Source: Balanoglossus misakiensis (lineage: Eukaryota > Animalia > Hemichordata). From it: a DNA stretch of 64,000 nucleotides. Location of the stretch: positions 14,352,304 through 14,416,303 of the forward strand of contig CM082578.2 of assembly GCA_040954595.2 (NCBI GenBank), written 5' to 3'. Both the position numbers and the translations under genes were made by a program. The notes beneath the pieces are model-generated. The model had not been told where the DNA came from, did not search any database, and worked only from the letters and a program-made list of their open reading frames with translations. Numbering within the stretch: position 1 is the stretch's first letter; every line of letters starts with the position of its first letter. This document shows positions 12,543 through 24,945 of the stretch, in pieces.

Positions 12543-13726
12543 GGGACCGTTCAGTTTTTACGGCAGGGGGGGGGCTGGCAAGTTTGTGTCATCGCTTCTC
12601 AAAATCAGGCCGACCCCCCCTTCACCCAGCCCAAAAAAATGATGACCCCCCCTTTGACAGACCCAAAAATATGATGACCCCCCCCCCCCACACCGAAAAC
12701 ATTCGCCGTCCTGATCCTATGTATACACTGTATGCAATAAAGGGAATGGGGCTCCTCATCCCTCAATTATAAATTTCTTAAAGTAATTGAATTATTTAAA
12801 AATATCGTTGCAATAAAGAAATCTATGAACAAAATAAAATGACAAGTCAATACAATAGTTGCTAGAATTGGTAAAACAAGAAAAGTGGCGGGGGCGGGCG
12901 TGGGAGGGGGTGTCCCCCTCCCACATAAGAAAATTTTGTAAAATACGGTGCTCAAAGTTGCATTTTAATGAACTCAAAAGCAAATAAAGTCAATGTTAGG
13001 CAGGACGAATTTTGATTTTGCCACTCCACTCAAAGTAAGCATAGGGGTGGGGTGGGAACAAGTCTGCCCTGGTATACTAGACAAACCAGCGGATAAATGA
13101 TTGTTGCATAGAATGTAGGGGGTGGGTGTGGGAGGGGGTGTCCCCCTCCCACATAAGAAAATTTTGTAAAATATGTAGCTCAAAGTTGCATTTTAATGAA
13201 CTCAAAAGCAAATTCATCTCTCAATGTTTGGGAGGACCAATTTTATTTTTTGCCATTCCACTCAAAGTTAGAAGATTTGGCGTCATCTTCGTCATGACAT
13301 CATTTATAAAACTTCCAGCATATAGAAGATGCAGCACGAAACTATCAGTTATGCAAAATGGTTTAAACGTTTATTCTCCTTTATGTATTAACTTTGTTAA
13401 ATATTATCATCAGTGGGTTTGGGGGTGGCAAGCACTCTGCCCTGGTAGAATAGTCAAACCAGCAAAAATCGATATGTTGCAAAGAATGTAGGGGGTGGGT
13501 GTGGGAGGGGGTGTCCCCCTCCCACATAAGAAAATTTTGTAAAATAAAGGGCGCGAAACTGCAATTTTGTGGACTCAAAAGCAAAAGTTTGGTGGCAAAA
13601 GTATGTGACCCCCCCCTAAACGTTTAAAAAAAACAGATGACCCCCCCCTTTTGGACTTCAAAATTCAAGTGACCCCCCCCTGGATTTTGCCGGCCCCCCC
13701 CCCGGCCGTAAAAACTGAACGGTCCC
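12543..13726. mobile_element. Non-autonomous PIF/Harbinger-type DNA transposon (Tourist-like MITE), 1184 bp
   Basis: Perfect 22-bp TIRs GGGACCGTTCAGTTTTTACGGC (12543-12564) and GCCGTAAAAACTGAACGGTCCC (13705-13726). TTA target-site duplication at 12540-12542 and 13727-13729. Subterminal tgacccccc repeats and three internal repeat units. No transposase ORF. Confidence 0.88.
12890..13585. repeat. Three internal repeat units of the MITE, each with a G-rich hairpin gtgggaggggg-tgt-ccccctcccac
   Basis: Units start near 12890, 13118 and 13490 and share ...ggagggggtgtccccctcccacataagaaaattttgtaaaata...actcaaaagcaaa. Spacing is 228 bp and 373 bp. Confidence 0.85.
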
Positions 13727-13759
13727 TTACTGCAAACCGAAACTTTAATACTGAATACA

Positions 13760-14460
13760 TGTACTTGACGGCCCAATACGGCGCAGTCCCTCTCCGCGAA
13801 GCATCGACCGTCACGTGACTCGGGTTCCCGTTCAAACTTTGAGCGTATTAAAGTAAAATGTAAGATTATGATCGGTCAGATATTATTTTGTTTCGTGCAT
13901 GTTGGATGACTGAATCATCAATTTTATAAACATGAGTCTGTTTGGGAGTTAAATATAATACATCTCTGTGTAAAAACACGACGTGACGTGTATAGGCTTT
14001 GTTCGGGTGGTGGACATCTTGCGAAAGAATTTCCCGCCACCAATCCTATTGTTTCCAGAGGTGTTAAACGCTCTGCATGTGACACCAACATCAGATTCGG
14101 CAGATCGTTCCAGTCCTTCACAAGATGCACAGTGTGTAGAATCGCTCCAGGCAAAGCCACCGATGCCCCTTCGGTTGCAACCAGCGTCGAACAGAATTCG
14201 ACGGTGTCGGCAACGCCTGCCTCCGGACGTCGGCAAACGAAAACTACAGGCTCGCGAGGTAGTGGAAAGAAAATTCCCAGTCCTGTCCCCCAAATGAGCA
14301 AGCACATTGCAGAAAGGAACCACCAGCTCATCTGACCAAAGCTGTGCAAAGCCCGACAACATCATTTTTGGGCGGGAATCACACAACGTCTCAGCGACAG
14401 TGGAAATGAAAAGTTCCTTGACTGACTTTTCCCCAGAACCACCGACTATCCTTTCAAAAG
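13760..14460 (+). promoter_or_regulatory. Putative Kv4/Shal promoter and first non-coding exon
   Basis: CpG-rich island. Palindromic E-box GTCACGTGAC at 13810-13819, TATAAA at 13925-13930, TGACGT near 13985, and a candidate donor AAAG|gtatga at 14461. A candidate acceptor cttgactttgcag| ends at 15724. The exon structure is inferred. Confidence 0.4.
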
Positions 14461-16736
14461 GTATGACCAAGAATGAATGAAGACATGAGAAACGAAAGGG
14501 GTAAATGAGCGGCAAATTGAACATTTTAACCTAAAATGTAAAAGGAAAACGCAGACATATACTAGTAGACACGAACATCATTTGACATGAAGACCGCGCA
14601 TGGCGAGGGGGAAATTGAGAGAGTACAGAGAATACTTTCTTTTGGAATTTGACAACTATGATTGATAGAATTTTTCATTCTGTAACGGTGAAATCCATAC
14701 GCAAACTGCTTCCGCGATCATCATTTTGGAGACAATGGTACCCAAATTTTAAAGTAGACTTGTTTACATTTTGCGCATAACTTTTATGTACTTTCATTTT
14801 GTTTCTTGAGTCTGTAAAAGGGACTTGTTCAGGTTACGATTGCTTTTTCTTCGACTTAAATATGACATTTCTTACTTTTTTACACGATACATGTACTTTA
14901 CTTATCCATCCCTGTAAATTGTAAAAAAAAAGAAAAGAAAAAAAAGAATACGTATTGGCAAGAAAATAATTTGCCTCTTTCAGAGACCAGGCGTCATCTG
15001 ATACAATCTCGTAGTTTTTTATGGTCGGACTTCAAGGTGTTTTTTTTAAGTTGTGCGGTCATAATATCATGCAACGCGTGCGTGTGCAATGTTCTTCATT
15101 TTATCTCGTCGCCTGTGGAGGCGCTGTCATTCGCACCCATTGTCTGTCGAGCTGTTAGTAGTAGTAGACAGGTTCGAACTCTTGCAAGGTGGTGTAATTT
15201 GTCAGTCACAAATACATATTCTTTTAGCAGTGGCCTGAGCAGTGGACTTGAACTTCAATGACCCTACTTAACATTTAATACATTCCTTCTTTGCGGAACG
15301 ATTTCACATGGAATTTGTACAGGCATGTTTTCTTAAAGACGCAACCCGGCTGTTTCATTTTCACAGTTGTAGACGAAGCACAGTCCCCTGGACTGTGTTC
15401 GAAGACACACGTGACCTGTTTACAGGTGACCACACGTGCACACGGTCACGCCAAACAGCCGCGACTCGTCACGGATGCAACAAACAACGTAAATAATTAA
15501 TTAGTAACGGATCGTTAGTGTCTGTTGTTCACCCCTGTGTTATCCAGCCATTATGTTACAGTCGCCCGCTTTGAGGTAATTTCGCATAAATAACCTATTA
15601 AAATAACAAAAATTGGACCTAAAAAGAAAACTATCTTTTGGTGGGTTTACTTCTTTTAAAACATCGATTGAAAGTTGTATTTCTGTTTTTCTAAATTTCA
15701 ATACTACAGTGCTTGACTTTGCAGGAATATAAGGATGCCAGGATATAAATAATTAAACCGGAATTGTACGCTTCCCAATACACCCGCATTGGGGTGACCA
15801 CTCATTGGGGCGTTGTATGCCCGGCTACTACAACAGGGCTTTATCTGGAAAAGAAATAATAATAGGTCCATATTGCAATTGCCCCAAATTGTACACCCAT
15901 TTTCTTTTTTTAATGGGAATTAAGAGGAGCAGCCAGTTCGGGGTTGGTTACTAGGCAAAAATTTGGAGCGTCACATAGGGCTTGTATATTTACTGCGTAT
16001 AATTCAGAAGTACTGTTTTATTTATTATGCGGTAAATACGACAGAAGTGCCGAGCACGTAAGACGGGAAGCCATCTATGCAAATGAGGTGTTAATATTGG
16101 TTGCAGTTATTTGTACTATATTGTAATCGACCAATAACAGACGTGGACAATAACAACAGTGCTCTCAATGATGACACTGACTCAGTGAAAGTAAGGAGAA
16201 TTGACAATTCGCATCACTGTCACTTATTCTCTCAAAAGCGTCAAGACCGCTGTGATATTCACATATTAGAATTATTTGTTTCTTCCCACATCCAGCATAA
16301 CGTAGTACTGTAATATTCTGTTACGATTCATGATTACCTGCAAAAAAATAGTGACTCACTGGCAGTTTCGATCTCGATATTGTTACTGGGCTTGTCGGCT
16401 TTCCCCCAATTGCCAGTCGAGTTCATTTTAAACGGGCATTTTAAATTACATGAAGTGCAGAATATAGGCTATGGCGTCTGCAGCGAGAATAAGTTGATTT
16501 TTAAGCTACAACAGTAACCGATGGATTGGTACCCAAGGTGGAAACCACGGAGGAGTATTTGGTTTGTAATGTGATCGCCGAGTCAGTCGGTAGGTAACAC
16601 AGATATACTACATCGGTTGCATGCACTACTGAAACCTACAAGGTACCAAGCGGAGAAATTTTTTAATGTAGGCCGAACCGTACGCCGACAACACACGTAG
16701 CGGGAACAAGGCCAGATATCTGCAGGGAGTGAAATT

Positions 16737-17845
16737 ATGGCGTCTGTTGCGGCATGGCTTCCGATAGTTCGGGCAGGAGCCGTCGGTTGGGCCCCTGTCT
16801 CGGCCAACCCCATGCCACCAGTACCGGTACAGAATCGTCACCCATCAGAAGAGAAAATCATAATCAATGTCAGCGGCCGATGCTTCGAGACATGGCGACA
16901 CACGATTGACAAGTATCCGGACACTCTCCTCGGCAGCGACGAGAAAGAATACTTTTATGATGAAGAAAATAATGAGTACTTCTTTGACCGAGACCCAGAC
17001 ATTTTCAGACAAATTCTTAATTTCTATCGGACTGGGAAGATGCACTATCCGAAATATGAATGTATTGCCGCGTTTGACGAAGAGTTGGCTTTCTTTGGAA
17101 TAATGCCTGAAATAATAGGGGACTGTTGTTATGAGGATTACCGCGACCGTAAGCGGGATACCAGCGAGCGGATGATGGACGACAGACTGTCAGAAGATGG
17201 GGAGGATGATCATTCGTACACTATGAGGCAAAAGGTGTGGAGGGCGTTTGAAAACCCCCACAACTCGACGACAGCAGCATTGGTGTTATATTATGTGACC
17301 GGATTTTTCATCGCGGTGTCTGTCATTGCGAACATCGTGGAAACCGTTCCGTGCGCCGCTCTACCGGGGACTGTCACCGTCCTGCGGTGCGGGGAGCGGT
17401 ACGAACTGACTTTCTTTTGCTTGGATACCGCCTGTGTGATGATTTTTACTTTAGAATACTCGCTAAGGCTATACGCAGCCCCAAACCGCTGCAAATTCAT
17501 GAGATCGGTCATGTCCATCATAGATCTTGTGGCCATACTTCCATATTACATTGGACTCGGCATCAAGGATGAGAACAGCGACCTCAGCGGAGCCTTCGTC
17601 ACGCTCCGAGTATTCCGTGTTTTTAGGATTTTTAAATTTTCGAGACATTCACAAGGATTGCGAATTTTAGGATATACACTGAAAAGTTGTGCAAGTGAAC
17701 TCGGGTTCCTCCTCTTTTCCCTATCCATGGCAATAATCATATTTGCCACTATAATGTATTACACAGAGAAAAATGAACCCGGCACCAAATTTTACAGTAT
17801 TCCTGCGGCCTTCTGGTATACTATAGTCACCATGACAACGCTTGG
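16737..17845 (+). CDS. Shal: Voltage-gated potassium channel Kv4/Shal (KCND family), first coding exon: N-terminus, T1 domain, S1-S5 and pore helix
   Basis: [10 protein letters not shown]-terminus, T1 domain with the HX5CX20CC zinc site, S4 [24 protein letters not shown] and [12 protein letters not shown]. The exon ends GG|gtaagt (phase 2, inside the first Gly of GYG). Confidence 0.97.
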
Positions 17846-17901
17846 GTAAGTACGCGATGCAGTCACTCTGCATCGCTTTACATTTTTATTCTAAACCACA
17901 C

Positions 17902-18056
17902 TTAAAGGAAAGACTTCCTTAGGTGCCCATCCCAACGTGTTTTCATTTTGGGGTGAGATTTTGATTATGCTATTAAATTATCCTTTTTGTACATTTATGT
18001 GCCCTAAGGGGATTAATCTACCCTAACACAATGTGGGACCTGAGGAAGTCTTGCTT
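17902..18056. mobile_element. Small decayed inverted-repeat element (MITE-like)
   Basis: aagacttccttaggtgccca (17910-17929) is an imperfect inverted copy of tgggacctgaggaagtctt (18034-18052). The left end begins ttaaagg, reminiscent of TTAA-target elements. Confidence 0.5.
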
Positions 18057-21000
18057 CTGTGAAAACCAGCATCATCTATTCTGTGCACTGACGTACATGT
18101 ACATCCCCACACTGTTAAGTACATATAGACTGAGCCAGCTAGCTTATACATCCAGATCAGATGCCCCGATCAACCCCTGACTATCTGTAACATTTATATT
18201 ATGAACGCTCAGGAACGCAAGTACCCTTTAACATTCCCTAATGACGTTATAGTCGTCAAAATTATGTTGCCAGTCCTCTTGCTTGAGTAACTTTACGGCA
18301 GTTGATTTTTGCAAAAAGTCGCAGGGTTAAGGTTTGAGAAGCAGCTAGTAAAATAAAAGATGGTCCAAAGTTGCACAAACATGTAATAATACTATCGGGG
18401 AACATAGTCCTTGATTGTGTTGTGCAGACGACTACTGGCATTAAAAATCCTCTAATATCCCAGACCGCGTCACTCTTCCCTAATCTGTCCCCCTATGCCC
18501 CCAATTTGTCAAGTAGACAAATTTGTGAGATCTGCCCTATGTACCCCTGTTGTACGCGTGTCTTTTTGGCCATAAATCAGCCTAATTATCATTGCCTGTT
18601 CACAATCTCATTGAATGGCCGAGTTATCCTCCAGGCTACCTTTACCATGTATTTAAAGGGAACTATGTGGAAAATGAATTCTCAATTAAAGGTGTGTTCA
18701 GAATTTACTTCCGTTTTCTTTTCTACCAAAGAGTCAGTTCTTTATTGTTCTCTTTTGGCGTGGATTGAATTTCGAGTCAGGATTTTGTGTCCGTAAACCT
18801 AGGACAGTGGTAAAGCAGTAGAGCGTAGAACACTCTCATTTATGTACATGTAGTATCATGGCTCTACACATGCATGGTTGTCTAAACATGTTTACATATG
18901 GACCTTATCCACTGTCACAAAGAATGTCAAGAGACCAGGCTTGTTTTTACAGTACTGCCAGTGGGCATAAGTGGACCGTGAAACACCCTTTCTAATCTGT
19001 GGCTTAATTGGGAGGAGGGGGAGTGGAGCGTACAAGTATTACAAAACAGTCGCCCCACAAACGGCAGTAATGCTGAACGTAAATATGGAAAGTGGCTGCA
19101 GTTGTGTCCCCCTTTGTGGCTGATTTCAGTTCAGTGTGCATCGTTTTAAAACTTTGATAGCACATATTGATTATGTGCCTGAATGACAATACATGACTTC
19201 ATCCATACACTCCAATGAATTGTGCGTGTATTCACATTAACAGGTAAAGCTAGAAGTGGACGAGAAGAGGATCCCAAATACCCTTCATCCCCCCCTTTCT
19301 TGTTAACATTATTTGAGATGATGTTTGAAAGAATAAATTGCACTTTAGGCAGTTATCATCTGAAATAGTGAAACATTCAACTGAAATAACAGGACGGAAA
19401 TTCCGTGCTATTTTTAGTGTTGAAAGCAGGTTTAGTGAATTTATTGATTGTGGGTGTACCTTAACAATAGCAGTTTCATTTCCAGTTACATTATTACAGA
19501 CATACTACCTGTAATATACCTAGTGTCTGTTTCATTTATTTCTTCTATTTTTATTATATACTTTTTCACCAAATATTAGCTCTATTACTTCTCAACAGAT
19601 ATCAGTTTTGATCTCCTTAGGATCCTATCAAAATTCAAACTGTAGTCTGTGGTAAGGCTGTACCAAAATATGTTGTTGACATCTTGTGTAATTATATTAC
19701 TGTGAAACGAATCGGCAACAGGGAATTACAACACATGACTTGGCATTGTCCAATCACATTACTCATTCATCTGTACATGGACTAGATTACCTAGAATCTT
19801 AATGTGAACCCTCTCCACCTGCACATCAGGTAAAAGAAATGAAAAAAAAAAAAAAAACGTAAATGCAATCAGGTGTGCAACATTCTTCAGACTAAAATGT
19901 GAACGATTTAAATTGTGTTGAAAATAAATATAGTCATAAATATTTTAGTTGATGAAGTTGTAATTGATTTTTTAATGCACTAATGCAGTAAGGTACAATA
20001 ACAAGTGCATTTCTAAGTTGATGACATATAACGTGGTATACAATTGATGGCTTCAGATTAGAAAATGGGGGAAAAAATTCGTACCCATCAAAAGTGGTAT
20101 TTTAATTGTTTTATGTACAGTTTGGCACATGTTTATCATATTTTCCTTTCTTCAAATGTGTCCTATCATTTTTGTAATTAGGAAATAAAATGAGAATATA
20201 AAATGCTTTCTCTGAAGAATAATATGTGGGTGCAATTGGTTCAAGCTCTGTATGCCTAGTATTAGTGTAGAAAGTGACACTTCTCTTGCATTTGCATTCA
20301 ATAGTGAGTTCATTGTTGCTTCAGTTTTGAGGGAAATAAAATGTGACTTGTACATGTATAGGGGTTGACGCAAAAAAAGGGGGGGGGGGAAGCATAAGCT
20401 GTAGAATATTATTGCGAAAAGTAGGTGGAATAAAGCTGTGGACTTTTGCTCATGTTAAATTAATAAGCTCTATTGATTGTTCTACAGTGTCGTAAAATTA
20501 TGTTCAGAATGCAGACACTCATAAATATGAATTTACAGTAATAGCAACTTTGTCATTTGACATGTTTTTGGCTCCTGAAAATGAATATTTTATCAAACTG
20601 TAAATATTTAATGTGTTTAAAATAAAATTTACCAGCATTTTACTTGTAGTTGTTGAATTTTTATATGGTATGCAAACAATCTTAATATTCTTTTGTTTGT
20701 ATCACCTCTGATGGAGAGCTAATAATAGGATCCTGTTTTTTTTCTCTGTCATGGGCAGATTTAACATTTGTATTTTACTGCGTCTGAACATTGACGCCAT
20801 TTTGGTTTTTACTGCAGATGAGGGAGAGGTTAGGTGCAGGTAAAATGATATAAAAGACAATTTCCTGTATTTCTTGTAGAAGTTAATCCAGGAAAGCATT
20901 AAAAGAAAAGCAGGATTTTTGAATTGCCTCTACAAATCTTCCTTGTGGACAGAGGAAAGTGCACTTTGGGAAACGCCATGCTGTCTGTCCATGATGATTT

Positions 21001-24000
21001 GAAGGAAAGGGAAAAAAAAAGCCCAGGAGAAGTGATTCATTGACAATATTTACAGTACCAGCCAACTTCACTTGTACATATGCATGTGTTTTGTGCAATT
21101 TGTGGCATGATCAATTGATATATAGTACATATGTGTACATCCAGTTGGAATCAATAGTCCGGAAGAGTGTATCAGTATCAAGTCAAGTAACAGGTCAAGC
21201 TTTACTTAAAAGTAAAATAAATTTCGTTTCATTGGAAGTGAACATTTTTTCCCCTTCAGCTGATGAGTTCAGCACGACTGGCATGCGGTTTTTGTGCAAT
21301 GTTTGGTATTCTGGACCTTCTCAACAACCTTGTGATTGGCCTCCCAGACCATTGCTGAATCTTTGTCTGCATGTAGGCATCCAATGGCGGTTGAGGTACT
21401 AAAAACTGTTTGTGAGTCCCGTTTAGACAGGCTGGTATGAGGAGGATGCCATCTTTATGGAGAGTCCATGCAATCTGTGGAATGGTTATTGGGGCTAATA
21501 CATATAATAGATAAAAACAGCAGTCAACAAGCACTGTGAATAGGATGACACGTTCCTGAGTATTGAAATGGTTAGATTTTCTTATGGTTGTCGAATCAGA
21601 ATGGTTGGTTTTTTGGGGTGAATTTTCACAATGTTACACTAACAAATTACTATGTGTATACATTGTACAGTGGACTATTTTGTGATTTAAGTGAAGACAG
21701 ATTCTTAATTTCTTACAGTGTCACATATACTGTGGAACTTGGTTGGCTTCATAAAAGACAATTTTTACAAATAATAATCGTGTTCTTTTAGTTTATAATA
21801 AATAATACATTTCTGGTGCATAGAGAGTGTAAGATAACAGAAAACAGCCTTGTCCTAATTGAGGTCAGGTGACAGATATATTTGTTTAACAACTTTCCCT
21901 TATACATGATAAGCACAGCTCAGGAGACCAGGCTTACAAAAGCTTTTCAGTACTTCAGCTATTTTGCCAGTCAGTCCTGGAAGCAAATCTTTCTATTTTA
22001 ACCCTGTCACCATGGTTCAATCCAAATCCATTGTTTTCTATGAGAAGATTGGACCTCTACAGAGATGATTTTGATTTGGTGAGGGCATTTATGATCTTGA
22101 TGAAATCCAAGCAGTTTTACTTGTAGCCATGTAACAGTTGCGATGCATAGTGTCATCAAAAATGAGGAAAACATTGTCTGTATTGTATTTTGAGATAAAA
22201 ACCTGTATGGCCGTAGGTGAGGATTGTTTTTGTAGATCTCATCTTTACCATACGGCTTCTGGGGGCCTCCCAGGGTGCTGTGCAATCTTGATTGGCAACA
22301 TCCATCGATACGTAGAGAATATAAGCTAGTCTTTGGCAACAAGGTAGTTGACTCAGCTCTGAGACATAAACAGGGGTTTATCCTGTAAAGCTTGTGTACA
22401 GATAACATCATATCCGAGTTTAAGTTGTGTTTCTGACTGATGGAGGTAAACATTCAATCATGTCTGTTGTGGTTCATGTTTATGATGCATGGCATCCCAC
22501 TGAGCTAGGAAACCCATCAGTGTTATTGTGTGCAACATTTTCTGATTCTCTATCGCCATGGAAACCGCTTCAGACTTTGATGTCGAAAGAATTCACATCC
22601 AAACAGCCTGAAACTTATGCACGTACCGGTACATAACGGTCTGTACCTCTTCTTCTATAAAATGTACATGTACATGAACAGTATACTTCGCTAGATCTGT
22701 GTATAATCTTGATACTTCCCTTATAGGCTTGCAGTTGTTCAAGTTGTAAATTGGTTGACCCTCGGCGCAGGTAATGTGGTATTTTGCAAGAAACCAACAT
22801 ACAGTAAATCTTATTCATCTGATACACATGTACAATGATGGTTAGGGCACTTTGAAATGATCTCTAGCCCTTTCACCCCTGTTTCCATGTCAATTGGTCC
22901 GTAGATGACGATAAAGGGATATAAAGCAAACACTACTGTGCTTAGGGCCTGACTTGGTATGCCAACAGTTCAAGAATTCCTTGGCCTCTCAATATTTCCA
23001 ACCCTGTGCAGTCCCCAACAACTTTGCAACCAGATGGATGCATTTATCTCTTTAGAGTTTTTGGACAAATATTGGTAGTTGCAATTTGTGAATACATCCT
23101 TATGAAGTGCAGTTCATTTTTATGTTAGGAAGCAGAAATTTAGCAATTGTGTACTGAAGTAGACAAGTACATTTGTAAGGGTTTGTCTTGCTGTACATGT
23201 AACACTAATAATGTATCAATCAGCAATTTCTTATAAGAAATAAGAATTCCTTATAAGAAATATAATGGTTATCAATAATCTGCATATGTGAATAAATCAG
23301 CATATATAAATAAATCATGCAAACTATATTCAATTCAAATATCAATTTGTTCAAATTAGGGATGCCAGTTCCATGACAGTGCTAGCAAAAACCCTGTGTA
23401 ATAATCCCAGTTCGTTTTCCCACTCTTGGGTTTAAACTTAATCTGCAGGGATAAATATAGCACCACTACTGCCATACTGGTATCTAAATAACTGTGAATG
23501 GTTAAGGGTGATTGACAGAAACATGTGAAGCTCTCTCTCTATCTCTCATATCTATTACCAGTAAAAATAAAGTCTTTTCACCATCAGTAATACAGGTTAT
23601 GCCTGCAGGAATGTATTTATTGCTTCACAGCAAAGTTTCACTTGTTTGGATACAGTTCTTCAATTTATAAATACACATGTATGATGCACGTGTTAAGTCA
23701 TAGGTGCCGTAAAAAATAGAAAATTTGTTGAGCCAGACAAGGCAGATGTTAGATCACGTGTGATTCATGTAATATGCAGTAAAATAGTGTCTGCATGTAT
23801 GGGTTGCAGATGTCATATCAGCTGTTTCTATTTCTTGTTCTATAAGGTGTACACGTCTCTATTTTTATCAAACCCCTCGGGGTACACTTGCCTTGAAATT
23901 TGGTTTTAGATTTCTCCAATATGATGAGCTCATGGAAGAAGACAGAAATCCGTTTTCAGCTCCTTGGATTGTGATCTGGGAATGATAAACTATCAACTGC

Positions 24001-24945
24001 CGATAAACATACTGATTTGAGCACAAATTAAAAAACATGACATTTACTCAGAGTTGGATTAGATGCCAAGAAGAAATGAGATTCCCAGTGTGTAGGATTT
24101 TTTGTGTGGTCCACATTTATGTCTTCAGGAGACTGAGAGGAATTTAAATGCCATCTTTTCTGACTGAAGCCGGCAGTTGAATGTTGACCAAGAAATGACC
24201 GCTCATACACTACATGTAAGTTCCAATAGACTTACTGCATATTTATCATACTCAGAATATTCATAACGTTGATAGTCAACATTAATATTTGATAGGTTCT
24301 GATGTTGAATTATGAATGACCTTTATACAGGCAGTAAAATATTGCTGACAGATTCAAGCGAAAAAGAGGAGTGCAGTCATATGGAAAGACTCTGTGGATC
24401 CTGGTGAATTAATTGTTTGTCTCAATTGACAAAGTCTGAACAGGTACATGAATTTGATGAGGAACGCTAATATGTTAGGCGAAGATAAATGCTGGATTTC
24501 ATTTCAGCCAATTACACCTGGCAGTGACATGCTGGTGTGATCTGACTCTTATTTCGTTGTTCTCAACGGTGTGTGGATGGTATCTTGTTGGCCGAGGAGA
24601 TATCTGAGAGAATGCAGATCTATATATGTGGGTCATCATGGAGTACGGGCTCTCACTGGCATTCTGCATTCCGTCATGTGTCGTAAGACTTAGGATGAGA
24701 TAAAACACCCAACAAACCACTATTTTAGCCACATTGATCACAGACAGAGGAATGACCGCAAATATGTCTAGAGTTAGCTGTGCGGTTCACCAGATCATGC
24801 CTTCAGAAAACTTTCAGACAAGCAGATTAAGCCTCTTCAATCAGCCATACTGAGTGGTGTGTAATTTCATCAAAATCTTGCCATTCAGGAAAATGCCATG
24901 CATTTGTGCATGTTCTGCAAAGGAGTCCGCTTACGGACTTCGTCT

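Noticed and set aside
12767-13584. Repeated ORFs with MWEGDTPSH / CGRGTPPPTP peptides, superficially an array or repeat protein
   Set aside because: They are translations of the MITE's internal repeats. There is no transposase and no CRISPR-like repeat-spacer structure.
13924-14524. Four overlapping 104-191 aa ORFs on both strands
   Set aside because: No recognisable domain and mostly non-ATG starts. They are explained by the stop-poor, GC-rich promoter/5' UTR sequence.
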